A stretch of 64,000 nt of DNA from the human T2T-CHM13v2.0 reference genome, Homo sapiens. Below, piece by piece: positions 11,901 through 23,869 of the stretch. Position numbers and translations under genes: made by a program. Numbering within the stretch: position 1 is the stretch's first letter; each line of letters opens with the position of its first letter. The notes beneath the pieces are model-generated. The model made no database searches and was not told the DNA's origin. It saw only the letters and a program-made list of their open reading frames with translations. The stretch lies in NCBI RefSeq assembly GCF_009914755.1, contig NC_060947.1; one strand, given 5' to 3'.

Positions 11901-14540
11901 CAGAATAGAATAAGTTGGTGGGGAGTCCTTTCACCTTAATTTTTTGTGATAGTTTTAGTAGGAATGGTACCAGGTACCATTATGTGAACGGTAGATTTCA
12001 ACTGTGAATCTATCTGGTCCTGGGCTTTTTTTGGTTGTTGTTGTTAGTAGGATATTTATTAGTTATTCAATTTTAGAGCTCATTACTAGTTTGTTCAGGT
12101 AATCAATTTCTTCGTGATTCAGTCATAAGTGGGGTGTATATGTCCAGGAATTTATCCATTTCTTCTAGGCTTTCTACTTTATGTTCATTGAGGTTTCCAT
12201 TGTAGCCTCTGATGCTTATTTGCATTTCTGTGAGGTCAGTGATAACATCCTCTTTGTCATTTCTAATTGTGTTTATTTGGATATTCTCTCTTTTTTTCTT
12301 TATTAGTCTAGCTGGTAGGCTATTTTATTAATTAAAGAAAATCAACTCTCGGATTTGCTGATATTTTGAATGTTCTTTTATGTCTTGATTTCCTTCCATT
12401 CAGGTCTGATTTTGGTAATTTCTTGTCTTCTGCTAGCTTTTGTGTTCATTTATTCTTGCTTCTCTAATTCTTTCAGTTGTTATGTTAGGTTGTTAATTTG
12501 ATATATTTCCTACGTTTTTATGTGAGCATTTACTGTCATGAATTTCCTCCTATCACTGCCTTAGCTGTGCCCCAGGTTCTGGTATGTTGTATATTTGTTG
12601 TCATTAGTTTCAAAGAACATTATTTCTGCCTTAATTTCATTATTAACCCAAAAGTCATTTGGAAGCATGTTGTTTAATTTCCGTGTAATTGCATGGTTTT
12701 GAGTGATTTTCTTAGTCTTAACTTCTACTTTTATTGCATTGTGATCCAAGAGTGTGTTTGGTATGATTTGAGTTCTATTTTCTGAGGATTGCTTTATGTC
12801 CAATTATGTGGTTAATATTAGAGTATGTGCCATTTGGTGGTAAGAAGAATGTACATCCTGTTGTTTTTTGGTGGGGAGTTCTGCAGAGGTCTATCAGGTC
12901 CATTTGTTTCAATGTTGAGTTCAGATCTTGAATATCTTTGTTAATTTTCCACCTTCATGAGCTGTCTAATACTGCCAGTGAAGTGATGAAGTCTCCCAAT
13001 ATTACTGTGTGGGAATCTAAGCCTCTTTGTAGGTCTCTAAGAATTTGCTTCATGTTCTTGTTGATATGAACCCTTTACCATTATGTAATTCTCTTGTCTT
13101 TTTTGATCTCTGTTTTCTTAAAGTCTGTTTTGTCTGAAAGTAGAATTGCAACCCCTGCTCTTTTTCTGTTTTCCATTTGTTTAGTAGATTTTCCTCTATC
13201 CCTTTATTTTGAGTTGATGTGTGTCATTACTTGTGCGATGGGGCTCTTAAAGACAGCATACCACTGGGTCGCGCTTGTTTATACAGCTTGCCATGTTGTG
13301 TCTTCTAAACGGAACATTTAGCTCATTTACATTCAAGATTAGTATTTATATGTGGGGATTTCACCTTGTCATTGTGTTGTTAGCTGGCTACTATGCTGGC
13401 TTGTTTATGTGATTTCTTCATAGGGTCACTGGTCTGTATTTTAGTGGGTTTTTGTATTAGCTCAACATTTGCTTATCTAAAAATGATTATATTTATCCTT
13501 TGCTTAGGAAGGTTAGTTTCACTAAATAAGACATTCTTGGTTGAATATTTTTTCTTTAAGAATGTTGACTGCAGGCCCCAAACCTGTTCTGGCTTGTAGG
13601 GTTTCATCTGAGAGGTCCACTCTTAGCCTGATGGGGTTTCCTTGGTAGGCGACCTACCCTTTCTCTCTAGCTGCCTTTAACATTCTTTCTTTCATTTTAA
13701 CCTTGGAAAATCTGATAATTATGTGTCTTGGGGATGATCTTCTAGTGTAAAACCTTGCAGGGGTTCTCTATGTTTTCTGAATTTCACTGTTGGCCTCTTT
13801 AGAAAGCTTGCGGAAGTTTTCATGGATGATACCATGAAATATGTTTTCCAAGTTGTTTGCTTTCTCCCCCTTCCTTTAGAAATGCCAATGATTCATAGAT
13901 TTTGTCTCTTTACATAATCCCATACTTCTCAGAAGTTTTGTTTGTTTCTTTTTTCTTTATTTTTGTTTGACTGTCTTTCAGAAACCAGTCTTCAAGTTCC
14001 GAATTTTTTTCCTCATCTTGTTCTATTATGCTGTTAATACTTGTGATTGCCTGGTGAAATTTTTGTATTGTGTTTTCAGCTCTGTCAGATCCTTTAGGTT
14101 CCTTTTGATACTGGCTATTTTGTCCTTCAGCAGGTGTATCATTTTATTGTGATTCTTAGTTTCCTTGGATTAGGTTTTACTATTCTCCAGAATCTCAGTG
14201 ATTTTTATTCCTATCCATATTCTGAATTATATTTATTTTATTTCAGCCAGTTCAGCCTGTTTAAGAACTCTTATTGGAGAACTGGTGCAGTCATTGGAGG
14301 ACATAATGACACTCCGGCCATTTGAGTTACCAGAGTTTTTGCATTGGTTCTTTCTCATTTCTGCATGTGGATTTTCATGTAACTGCAGTGCAGATTAAGT
14401 ACAGTCAACAGACTTCTTTTCTGGATGTTTTCACAGGGCCAAGGCTTTGTTCAGGGTCTTTATTTGAAACTGACTTATTTTCTTTGGTTTCACAGTGAGA
14501 TATGTTAGCAAGGTATTTTTGGTGTTGAAGCTTTGGAGTG

Positions 14541-14559
14541 TGATCCAGTAGGTGGCGCT
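14541..14559 (+). promoter_or_regulatory. Candidate CTCF site in L1 5'UTR
   Basis: CCAGTAGGTGGCGCT matches the CTCF core CCASYAGRKGGCRS, and its CpG is retained. Confidence 0.45.
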
Positions 14560-15859
14560 TAGGCATATCTGTTGGTTGGCAGACACTTGCTCAGTTGTGT
14601 GGCTCCCCTATGTTTCCTCACAGTTGCAGTCATGTTCTCTCTCAATGTGGTGAAACTGTGGGTTCCTCTTCCCCTTTAGTGCTAGCTGTAGATTGTGGCT
14701 TGGCACTCCTGGGCTGCCCACAATAACTCTGGGGAGATCTCAGGGTTTATGTTTCTCCCACAACTTGGAGACAGCAGAGGAAGGGACCTTAGTAGTGGTT
14801 GTGGCCAAGGGTCTTTTGCTTGATTCCTGGGGGCTCCACCCCAGATAGATGCAGATCAGCAATTGCTCAGTGCAGTCATTCCAGGATAAAAGGTTTGTGC
14901 TGTGGGCCCAAGCCAGGGCTTCTCTGTCAGGTGACAAGCAGTAGGGATGTGTGGGACCCATGGGAGACAGACTGGCCTCCTCTTCTTGGGTCAACTGCAG
15001 CTTGTTGGAGGTGTGGATAAGGCACCAAGGTCTTTGCTTCTTTGTTAGTCTGAGGGGTAGCAAGGGTAGTCTTACTGCAGAGGCAGTGGCAGAGAGGCTT
15101 TCAGTTGCCCCTAGGGGCTCTATCCAGAGAGTTGCAGTGCTGCTGCTACAGGCTCAATAGCCCTGGAAAGAGGTGGCTGGAGACCAGGACTGGAGGACCT
15201 GCCTGGTGAGGAGATATAGAAATGGGCACCCACGTAATAATCTGGCCACTTTTTGTAGGGATGCTGTGGTATGCTGAGGGTCTGCTCCAGTCCCTAGTCT
15301 CTTTGGATATTCCAGTAGCTGGAGGTATCACTAATGAAGGCTGTGAAACAGCAAAGATGGACGCTTGCCCCTCCCTCTGGGAGCTCTGTTCCAGGAAGGT
15401 ACGGACCTGTTGCAGGCTCATATGCCCCTTTAGGAGGTGGCTGGAGAACCCGGCTGGGACAACCTACTCAGTGATGAGAAACAGAATTGGGGACCTGATT
15501 TAAAATGCAGCCTGGCCTTGTTTTTGTAGAGCAGATGTGCTGTGCTGTGCTGGAGATCCACTCAAGTCCCCAGTTGCCTCAGAGTCTCCAAAGCCCAAAG
15601 GGTGGAATGAGTAAGTCGCCCAAATGGCATAGATGGAGTCCTATCCCTCCCTCTGGGAACTCCGTCTCAGGGAGGTTTTGATACCTCTGTCAGCCAAAAC
15701 ACACCAGTGGGGGTAGGTGGAGGCCCCAGTTAGGAGGTGCTGCCCTGTGTCAAGGAATGGGATCAGAGACTCACTTAGAACAGCAGTCTGGCCACATTTT
15801 CATAGAGCAGCTAGCTGTGCTGTGCTTGGGGTCCGCTTAACCCATGGATGCATCAGACT

Positions 15860-16228
15860 CTCCAACGTCCAAAGGGTGAAACAGTTAAGTTGCCCAAACA
15901 GCAAAGATGCCATCCCACTGCCCTCTCTGGAAGCTCCATCCCAGGGAGGTTTGAAACACCTGTCAGCTGGAGAACACTGGCAGGGGTAGCTGGAGATCAG
16001 AGTTGGGATGGCCCACCTGGTGAGGAGGAACAGGATCAAGGAAACTCCAACGTCCAAAGGGTGAAACAGTTAAGTTGCCCAAACAGCAAAGATGGCATCC
16101 CACTGCCCTCTCTGGAAGCTCCATCCCAGGGAGGTTTGAAATGTCTGTCAGCTGGAGAACACTGGCAGGGGTAGCTGGAGATCAGAGTTTGGATGACCCA
16201 CCTGGTGAGGAGGAACAGGATCAAGGAA
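15860..16228. repeat. 185-bp near-perfect tandem duplication within L1 5'UTR
   Basis: Units start at 15860 and 16045 (ctccaacgtccaaagggtg...ggatcaaggaa); about 6 mismatches by eye. Confidence 0.95.
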
Positions 16229-17029
16229 CTTACAAAAGCATTCTGGTTACATTTTTGTAGAGCAGCTGTTCTGTGCTGGGGGCTTGCTTCAGTCTCCAGT
16301 TACCTCAGACTCTCCAAAGTCCAAAGGCTGGAACAGCTAAGTTGGCCAAACAGCAAAAATGGTGGCCCACCCCTCCCCCCAGGAGTTCTGTCTCGCACTA
16401 CTACCAGCAGCTAGCTGTAGTTTCAAGCCAGTGGGTCTTATCCTGTGAGTTGCTGTGAATGTGGGGCCCGAAGACTGTTGCTGCTCAGCCTCCTGGATTC
16501 AGCACCTTTTCTAGAGCTATGCACTGAGATCTAATCTCCCACTTTCCTGGAGTTGCAGTTGCTTTTGCCGGGAAGCCTGAAAGGCCTGGCTATCTAAGGC
16601 TCCAGAATATCCACATGTGCTTGAGAAGCTGCTCTGAGGAGACTCCACATAGCTCTGTGTGTCAGACTTAAGGCCCTGGTGAAGTGGGTCCATGAGGGGA
16701 TCTCCTGACCAGAGGGTTGCAAAGATTTGTGGGAGAACCATGATTCCTGGGCTTGCACATTCAATCACCACTTCACTGAGTGGGAGAGATTCTCCTGGCT
16801 CCATGTCTCTCCTAGGTGGGCTGTCATGCTCTCTTGCTTTTCTCCATTCTCCGTGAGTCAAATTGTTTCCTTCATTTGTCTCAATGGATGTACCTAGATG
16901 TTTCAGTTGAATTTGCTGTATTTACTTGCCCTTTGTGTTCCTCTCCATGAGAGTGGTATACATTAGCTGCTTCTAGTCAGCCATTTTGGCCACCCCACCA
17001 TCATTAATTTTTATAATTCATTTAGGACA

Positions 17030-17290
17030 ATGGTCAACTTCAGACTCTGAAGACAGAATTTTTGAGTTTACAAAAAAAAAAATCCAACCATTTGGGAGGA
17101 CCTTCCAGCTCTTCTCTTTTCTTGCTGTATGTCCCTAAAAGAGTTATTTACTTTCTTTTTCTGTGCCTTAGCATCTTTATTTGTAAAATAGAATTTGTAA
17201 TGCTCCTTATGTGTTTGTTGGAAGAAATTAGAACTTGCCTAGCCAGGAGAGGCACTCAATAAATGTTACCTGTAAATATATATATACACT
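17030..17290 (+). mobile_element. MIR SINE
   Basis: ctgtgccttagcatctttatttgtaaaatag...ggcactcaataaatgtta matches the MIR core and tail. Confidence 0.65.
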
Positions 17291-17694
17291 TGGAAATTCG
17301 TCTCATTTTTCTTTGGACTTCTTTTAATCTTTTGTCTCTACCATTTTGTAGTGGTAACCAAACTTCATGTATAACCCCATCTATGTCTTTTCTATATACC
17401 ACTGATGCACCCATGCTTGGTTGGTGCACCTTGCCAAGTTTCTTTACAATTTTTCATCCTTATATTTGATTTAGATTCACTTACATTTCTACCATTGAAT
17501 AGTCTGTTTGCCTGGTTCATGCAAGTAGACACTCAGTTAAAAAGAATGCTGAACTCACTTAGAAAAAACATTCGTTTAAATCCTATACTTCAGTGCTGTT
17601 TCCTAATTTCTACAGATTGAAGAATCTTCCACACAAGATGCTGTAGAATGTGTGCAGAAGAAGTGTCCAATAATGAGCCATGAGAATCTAGTAA

Positions 17695-17900
17695 ACATTC
17701 TGTTTATTCAAAAAACATTTGGGAGGACCTACTATGTGCTAGACTCTGTGCTAAGCACTGGGGATGCAAAAAAAAAAAAATCCTTGCCATTTAGAAGCTT
17801 GTAATCTAGTGAGAAAAGCACAAGTAACGAAATGCTTAGAACAGAGTGTGTTAAGTTCTAGTCTAGATAAATAAAAGCCACTGTGAGGTGCCTGGAGGAG
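17695..17900 (-). mobile_element. L2 LINE 3' fragment
   Basis: ttattcaaaaaacatttgggaggacctactatgtgctagactctgtgctaagcactgggg is the antisense L2 3' end. Confidence 0.75.
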
Positions 17901-18381
17901 GACATAGTACAGCCTCCTTTTAAAAGTGGTTCAGTTTAGAGAATGAGAAAATGTTCTCACAGAACTTTTATCCAGGCCTGCCTCATCTCACACTTGCAAG
18001 ACTGCAGTAGCCCCTCAACTCTTCTTTATAGCTCCACCAACTCCAATCTATTTTTGGCAGAAATACGGGTGAATTTGTCAAAAAAATGGCAAAGAAATGA
18101 AATTGATCAAACTCAAACGTGACAAAAGAAAATACACTTTGAAACTGAACATCTCCTGTAACGGTACAATTGTACACACACAGACACATACATACACATA
18201 CTCTTTCTCACACACACATAATTCCAGCACACTAAATTTCATGCACCTGAAAGCAATTTTGTAATGATTTTATTTGCTTCTATGCATTTCTTGCCATTTG
18301 TTATTCTCATAAAATATTTTTTTCATTTCTGTAAATGATTGTAACGTTCCACAGTTTTTAAGTGAGTTTTTGTTATTTCAT

Positions 18382-18441
18382 TTTATTCATTTTTAATTAG
18401 AAAAGTTTATTCATTTTTAATTAGAAAAAATGATTCATTTT
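18382..18441. repeat. 24-bp tandem repeat (about 2.5 copies)
   Basis: tttattcatttttaattagaaaa(g/a) is repeated. Confidence 0.8.
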
Positions 18442-19309
18442 TAGCCAATTATATTGGCACTGCATGTTTTTTAATGTTGCTTCAATTTTAAAATGTTGCC
18501 TCTGGCTGTAAATGAATTCTTAGGAAGTAAAATAATCAAAAGTAATGTTACTAGCCACTAGTTCACTTAACAACTTTGGTTCATCTCAAGGTGATTTTAG
18601 AGCATGTTTTATATTCCCAATTTTTTCAATTAGCTATATAGAATTTTGTTTTTTACATTTTAATTCATTTTTTAACCAGCAAGGCTTATTTAATCTATTT
18701 GGTATTTTTAAACCATTGTAAATTTATTTTTAATTTGTACTTATTTTCTTCTTCATAGGAAAGCAAAACAAAAAGAAATCTTATAGCAGGAATAGGAATC
18801 TTATAGCAGTAATAGGTTTTGGTGTTTGGATAATTTAAAATAGGCATTTCAGTTTTAGAGATTGATTTAGTATTCAAGTCAAAATGTGAAGTAAAGCGAT
18901 GAGAAATAGATCATTCTTCATTTGTTAATTATTATGAGTACACATTTTGTGTCTTTTACCATACCTAATTAGATATTCCATTCCCTTAGATTGGCCATTT
19001 ATGGTGAATAAGATAAGTAGACAAGACCTGCTGAATACTAACCCAACTACTTCCTGAAAACGTTCGTTTTCTGTGACTTCACTGTTTCAGCTTATCTGCC
19101 ATTTTAACCAGTTGTTTTAAACCAAAATCTTGAATTTCTTTTCTGCACTGGCTCCAGAGTTCAGCACTTGAAACCTGCCTGTCACGGAAGCTTCCCTTGC
19201 TCAAAAATGTCATCTACCTTACTATCATAGCAAATTACAAACTTCTTAGCTTAGCATTTAGTCTTATGTTCATAAGAGATAATCAGTTACTATTTGTTGG
19301 CTTTAAGAA

Positions 19310-19530
19310 TAGTAATAGTGTACTTCTAGTGAGATTACCATGCACTAAGCACTTTGCTAAGTGCTTTCCATAAATTATGTGATATAGTCCCTTAAGATAA
19401 CTTTATGTTACAGGTGCTTTTGTTATCTTCCTTTTCCAGGTAAGGAAGCAGGGACTTGAAGAGATTAATAACTGCCCCAAGGACACAGAAAATTTGAACT
19501 CACTTCTGTTGGACTTTCATGTTCTTTACA
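19310..19530 (-). mobile_element. MIR SINE
   Basis: agcactttgctaagtgcttt...aactgccccaaggacacag is antisense MIR. Confidence 0.7.
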
Positions 19531-19594
19531 TTTCTTTCAACATATATCACTAGTCTTACTTCTATGGGTCTAAATCCTAGCTTTGCAAGTAATT

Positions 19595-20890
19595 TTTAAT
19601 TTTAAAACATTATTATGGTGAAATACACATTAAACTTAACTTTGAGCCATTGTAAACTGGACAATTCAGTTGCATTAAGTACATTCAGAATGTTGTGCAA
19701 CCATCACCATTATCCACTTCCAGACATTTTTGTTATCCCAAACAAAAACTATGTAGCCATTAAGCAGTAATGCCCTATTAACCCTTACTCCCACCCCTGG
19801 TAACCACTCTTCTACTTTCTCTCTCTGTAAATCTGCCTATTCTATGTACCTCATGTAAGTGAATTAAGTTAATATTTCAGTGCTTGTTTTTGTGTGTAGC
19901 TTAGTTCACTTAGAAAATGTTTCCAAGGTTCATCCATGTTTTAGCATGTATCAGAATCTATTTTCTTTTTAAGGGTGAATAATATTCTGTTATGTGTATA
20001 TACCACATTTTGTTCATTTATTCATCGGTTGATGGACATATGAGTTGCTTCCACTTTCTGGATATTGTGAATAATATTGCTATGAATATTGGTGTTCAAG
20101 TGTTTGTTAAGTCCCTGCTTTCAGTTATTTTGAGTATAGGCCTACCCATGGAATTGCTAGATCAAATGATAATTTCGAGATCATAAAATTCTAATTCTAT
20201 GTTTAACTTTTAAAAAAACTTCCATACTGTTTTCCACAGCAGCTGCACTGTTTTCCATTTTCACCAGCAATGCACAAGGGTTCCAATTTCTTCACACCAT
20301 TGATAACACTTAATTTATTTTTCTTTTAATAATAGCCATCCTAATGAGTGTGAAATGGTATTTCATGTTGGTTTTTACTTATGTTTTCATAATGACTAGT
20401 GATATTGATAGTCTTTCTATGTGGTTATTAGCCATTTGTATATTTTCTTTGGAGAAATGTCTTTTCAAGCCCTGATATGGTTTGGCTGTGTCCACACCCA
20501 AATCTCATCTTGAATTGTAGTTCCCATAATCCCCACATGTCCTGGGAGGGAACCAGCAGGAGGTAATTAAATTATGGGGGTAGGGTTTTCCCGTGCTGTT
20601 CTTGTGGTAGTGAATCAGTCTCATGAGATCTGACGGTTTTATAAAGGGCAGTTTCCTGCACATGCTCTCTTGGCTGCTGCCATGTAAGATGTGCCTTTGT
20701 TCCCTCTTCACCTTCCACCATAATTGTGAGGCCTCACCAGCCACGTGGAACTGTGAGTCCATTAAACCTCTTTTTGTTATAAATTACCCAGTCTCATGTA
20801 TGTCTTTTTTAGCAGCATGAAAAGAGACTAATACAAGCCCCTTACCTATTTAAAAACTGGTTTGTTTCTCTTTTGTTGTTGAGTTTTAAA
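19595..20890 (-). mobile_element. L1MB-type LINE 3' fragment, interrupted by a THE1 LTR
   Basis: gcattaagtacattcagaatgttgtgcaaccatcacc 3'UTR signature followed by the ORF2 C-terminus; sequence is contiguous across the LTR TSD. Confidence 0.85.
20473..20835 (+). mobile_element. THE1 (B/C) solo LTR
   Basis: TGATATGGTTTGG...CTAATACA, 363 bp. Perfect TSD AGCCC at 20468-20472 and 20836-20840. Confidence 0.95.
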
Positions 20891-20899
20891 TTTTTATTT

Positions 20900-21420
20900 A
20901 AAACATTTAAGAAGTGTGAACTACGTATAGGGAACTACTGTGTTAAACCATTTTGAGGGATTAAAAAATAAGATAGTTCTGGCCCTCAAGTAGTTGTGCT
21001 ACTGGTGCACTTAAGACAAATATACAAAAGATGAATAGATGAAGATGAGAAGTTTCCAAAGAGTCAGTAGCAAAGGGCACAAGAAGGAGACATGACATCT
21101 TTTCTTTTTAAAGTGTTTTGAGAAGTAATCAGATAATCCTGCATGAAATCAGCAGCAATGGAAATGAGCTTTAAAGGATGGATTGAATTTCAACAGACAT
21201 CCATAGGACTAGGAGAACATTCAGGTAGAAGATACAGCATAATTTCAAAAAATGCAGGAAATTTTTGTGGACCATCAACTAGTTCAGTTTGCTCACCAAG
21301 GTTGCATAAAGCTTTACTGTAGAGGACCTTGAATGTCAGAGTAATGGATTTCTAACTACTTTAATAAGCAGTTGGAAGCTTGTAGAAATTTTTGAGAAGG
21401 AGAAAGAGCAGAAGAGGCAT
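20900..21420 (-). mobile_element. L2 LINE fragment
   Basis: agatagttctggccctcaagtag, tttaaaggatggattgaattt and ccttgaatgtcagagtaatgg are typical antisense L2 blocks. Confidence 0.6.
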
Positions 21421-22364
21421 GTAACTTAAATATTCCTTCCATTCTCATGCTTTTGTTTAGCAGTATATGTTAGATACTTTGCACATAACAGGCATGCAGT
21501 AAATAATTAGTTGGTAGCACAGAACCATATGTACCAGTTCATTTTCTGATTCATCATTTGTCTGAATACATGGAATATCAATGGAATTTTTAACAATCTG
21601 ACTCTCTATATAATTATTTTGTCAAAGCTACCAATGCTGTTCTAGAATAATGAATGGGTTACCTGAGTGTGTCTTTTATGCCGATGGATTTTACAGAAAC
21701 TGCAGCTGTTTTATCAGAATACATCTTTGCTGGGACATTTAAGAAGAAAATAGAGCTATTATAAATAGAACAGAGGACTTCAAACCAGGCCTCAATCGTT
21801 TTTCTAGCTGCAGATATGAAACCCTAGTCGGTTCCAGCCTACACTCTGTGATTCAGTCCTGTGATGGTAAACATGAATAGCTGTAATTTTTTTTTTCAAA
21901 ATAGAAACAGTTTACATTTAAATCAACACAGAGAAGGAAAAGGCTTTCTTACAGTCACCAGATTAAATGGCATATTTTTCTTCTTCCACACAAGAATAGT
22001 GTTTGTGGTTTCTGAGATCAGCAGAAATTGAGGCATTGGTGAACTTTAGTGCTTAAAATGGTTTCATCTTCTTATGATTCAAGAATAAACCAGAAGGCCA
22101 ATTTAAAACAATTCAGATTCACTCTACATGGTTAACATTTACACCACATAAAGACATTATTGTCAAAAAGCAAAAGGGAAACAAAAAGTTCAGAAGTTGC
22201 AATAAACTGGTGTGAATAGTTGAAGGTGAGGATCACTATATTTTTTGAATGCTTACATCGGATCAGACAATGTGATGGACATATGACATGTTCTCCCCAA
22301 CATTTCTGTGGATTAGATGTTATTCACCTAAAAGTGTAGACAAGACAATAGTTATGTAGAGTTA

Positions 22365-22650
22365 TGCAATAATTAGGCTTAGTCAACAGCTGTCTTCAGA
22401 ATATATGGCTTAACACAGCAAGGGTTAACTCCTCATTCTTGTCATAGTCTAATTGGGTCAACAGGACATTTCTACTTCATGCAGTCATTGAGGAAGTTGA
22501 TGGGAGGTCATTTCACCAAGTGCTCACACCATCTTCTAGGGCTTTGAAATTCTCCATTGGATGTTTTGCATCCAACTGATAGATGAGGGAAAGAAAAACC
22601 AAGGAGGATGGCTTGAGAGGTGAGAGAAACTTAACTAATCTACTTCAGCA
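22365..22650 (-). mobile_element. Old MLT1-type MaLR LTR fragment
   Basis: tggcttaacacagcaagggttaactcctcattc resembles old MLT1 LTRs. Confidence 0.45.
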
Positions 22651-22684
22651 CAAGTTGATGTACTGAAGTAGATTCTTTTGTTAT

Positions 22685-22875
22685 GATGCTATAAAAACCC
22701 AAGTCCTAATCCCTCTTTTGAGTTACCCATCTGTGAATGCTCCCATGTATATGCCTGATGCACATGTTAATACATTTGTTTGTTTTCATCTCGTTAATCT
22801 TTTGTCAGTGTCATTTACAGTGCCCCTGCCAGTAAATCTAAGATGGGTAGAGAAAAAATATTTTCCTTCCCTGCA
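22685..22875 (+). mobile_element. ERV1 LTR 3' half (MER34/MER39-like)
   Basis: tataaaaa, then gttaatc...gtcag...cccctgcc...ctaagatgggtagagaaaaaatattttccttccctgca. Confidence 0.55.
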
Positions 22876-22960
22876 CTATAATGTACAGCAAAGCCTACCC
22901 ACAAGAAAGAATTATCCAACCCTAAATGTCAATAATGCTATGGTTGCGACACCTTGGTTG
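22876..22960 (+). mobile_element. MER20 hAT-Charlie terminal fragment
   Basis: aaagaattatccaaccctaaatgtcaataatgctatggttgcgacacc matches the MER20 3' end. Confidence 0.7.
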
Positions 22961-23869
22961 AGACTGTAAGATTTGTAAGGGTAGGGATTGTGCCTGCTAT
23001 ATTATTATGTCCCAAGCTCCTAGGACGGTCACTGGCATAATAATTATGTGTTGACTGAATAAACGAAAAGATAGATGAAGATGAAGGAAGATGAGAAAAA
23101 GACACCTGAGTCAAGATACTGCCCTTTTGTTAGGTGCCAAGACAGGCTTTTCTCTTATGTACTCCCATGCTCTGTGCATGCTGATGGGTAAATTCAAGGC
23201 TATATATACCCATGGAATAGGGAGAACGTTGGGACCAAGCCCTAGGTGCACAGGGGTTGATAACCACAGCCATGAAAAACCACAAAGACAACATAGTTTC
23301 CAAGTTGATTTTAATCTTACAAATCCTTGCTATTCAGCATTTCTATGTCATATTTTGGAAACATAAGTTAATAGAGATTTTAAAAAGTTGATGACATTAT
23401 GAGATTAATTGAAGTACATAATTAGTCATGTGTAGATTCTTGTCATTGGTGCCCACAACCACACACTCACACATGCTTGCAATTTGTTTTTCTTCCTTCA
23501 GTTGAGATCATGCAGCATGTTCAGTTTTATGACTTTGCAGTTCACTTAATAATAATATTACATGATGACCTTTACATGTCAGGATATATATACATATATA
23601 GATATGAAGATAAATCCACTTTAATCTTTTTAATGGGTGACTAGTATTTCCTGGCATACATCTCCAATAATTTACTTTAAAAATTCCTTATTGTGAACAT
23701 TTAGGTCATTTTCTGTTTTTTATTATTACAAAAAAATGTATTTTCTCTGACTCTTGGTCTTCTAGAAAAATTTTCTTAGTATATCCTGTGCATTTCCTCA
23801 ATCTAATTCAATAATGTTTTGGTCAATGCAGGATTTATACTTCAGCCTCTCTTGAGTAAATATGTTTTT

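Larger units (their letters stand above)
9377..16999 (-). mobile_element. Full-length, inactive LINE-1 (L1PREC2/L1PA14-15 type), about 7.6 kb
   Basis: T-rich tail and 3'UTR at left. ORF2 fragments (MFIAALFTIAKTWNQPK; [14 protein letters not shown]; [17 protein letters not shown] motif), then ORF1 and a long monomer-containing 5'UTR ending ccattttggcc. 12-bp TSD atcattaatttt at 9365-9376 and 17000-17011. Many frameshifts. Confidence 0.95.

Noticed and set aside
15170-16385. Repeated units as a CRISPR-like or novel array
   Set aside because: These are diverged monomers of the L1 5'UTR; there is no repeat-spacer structure.
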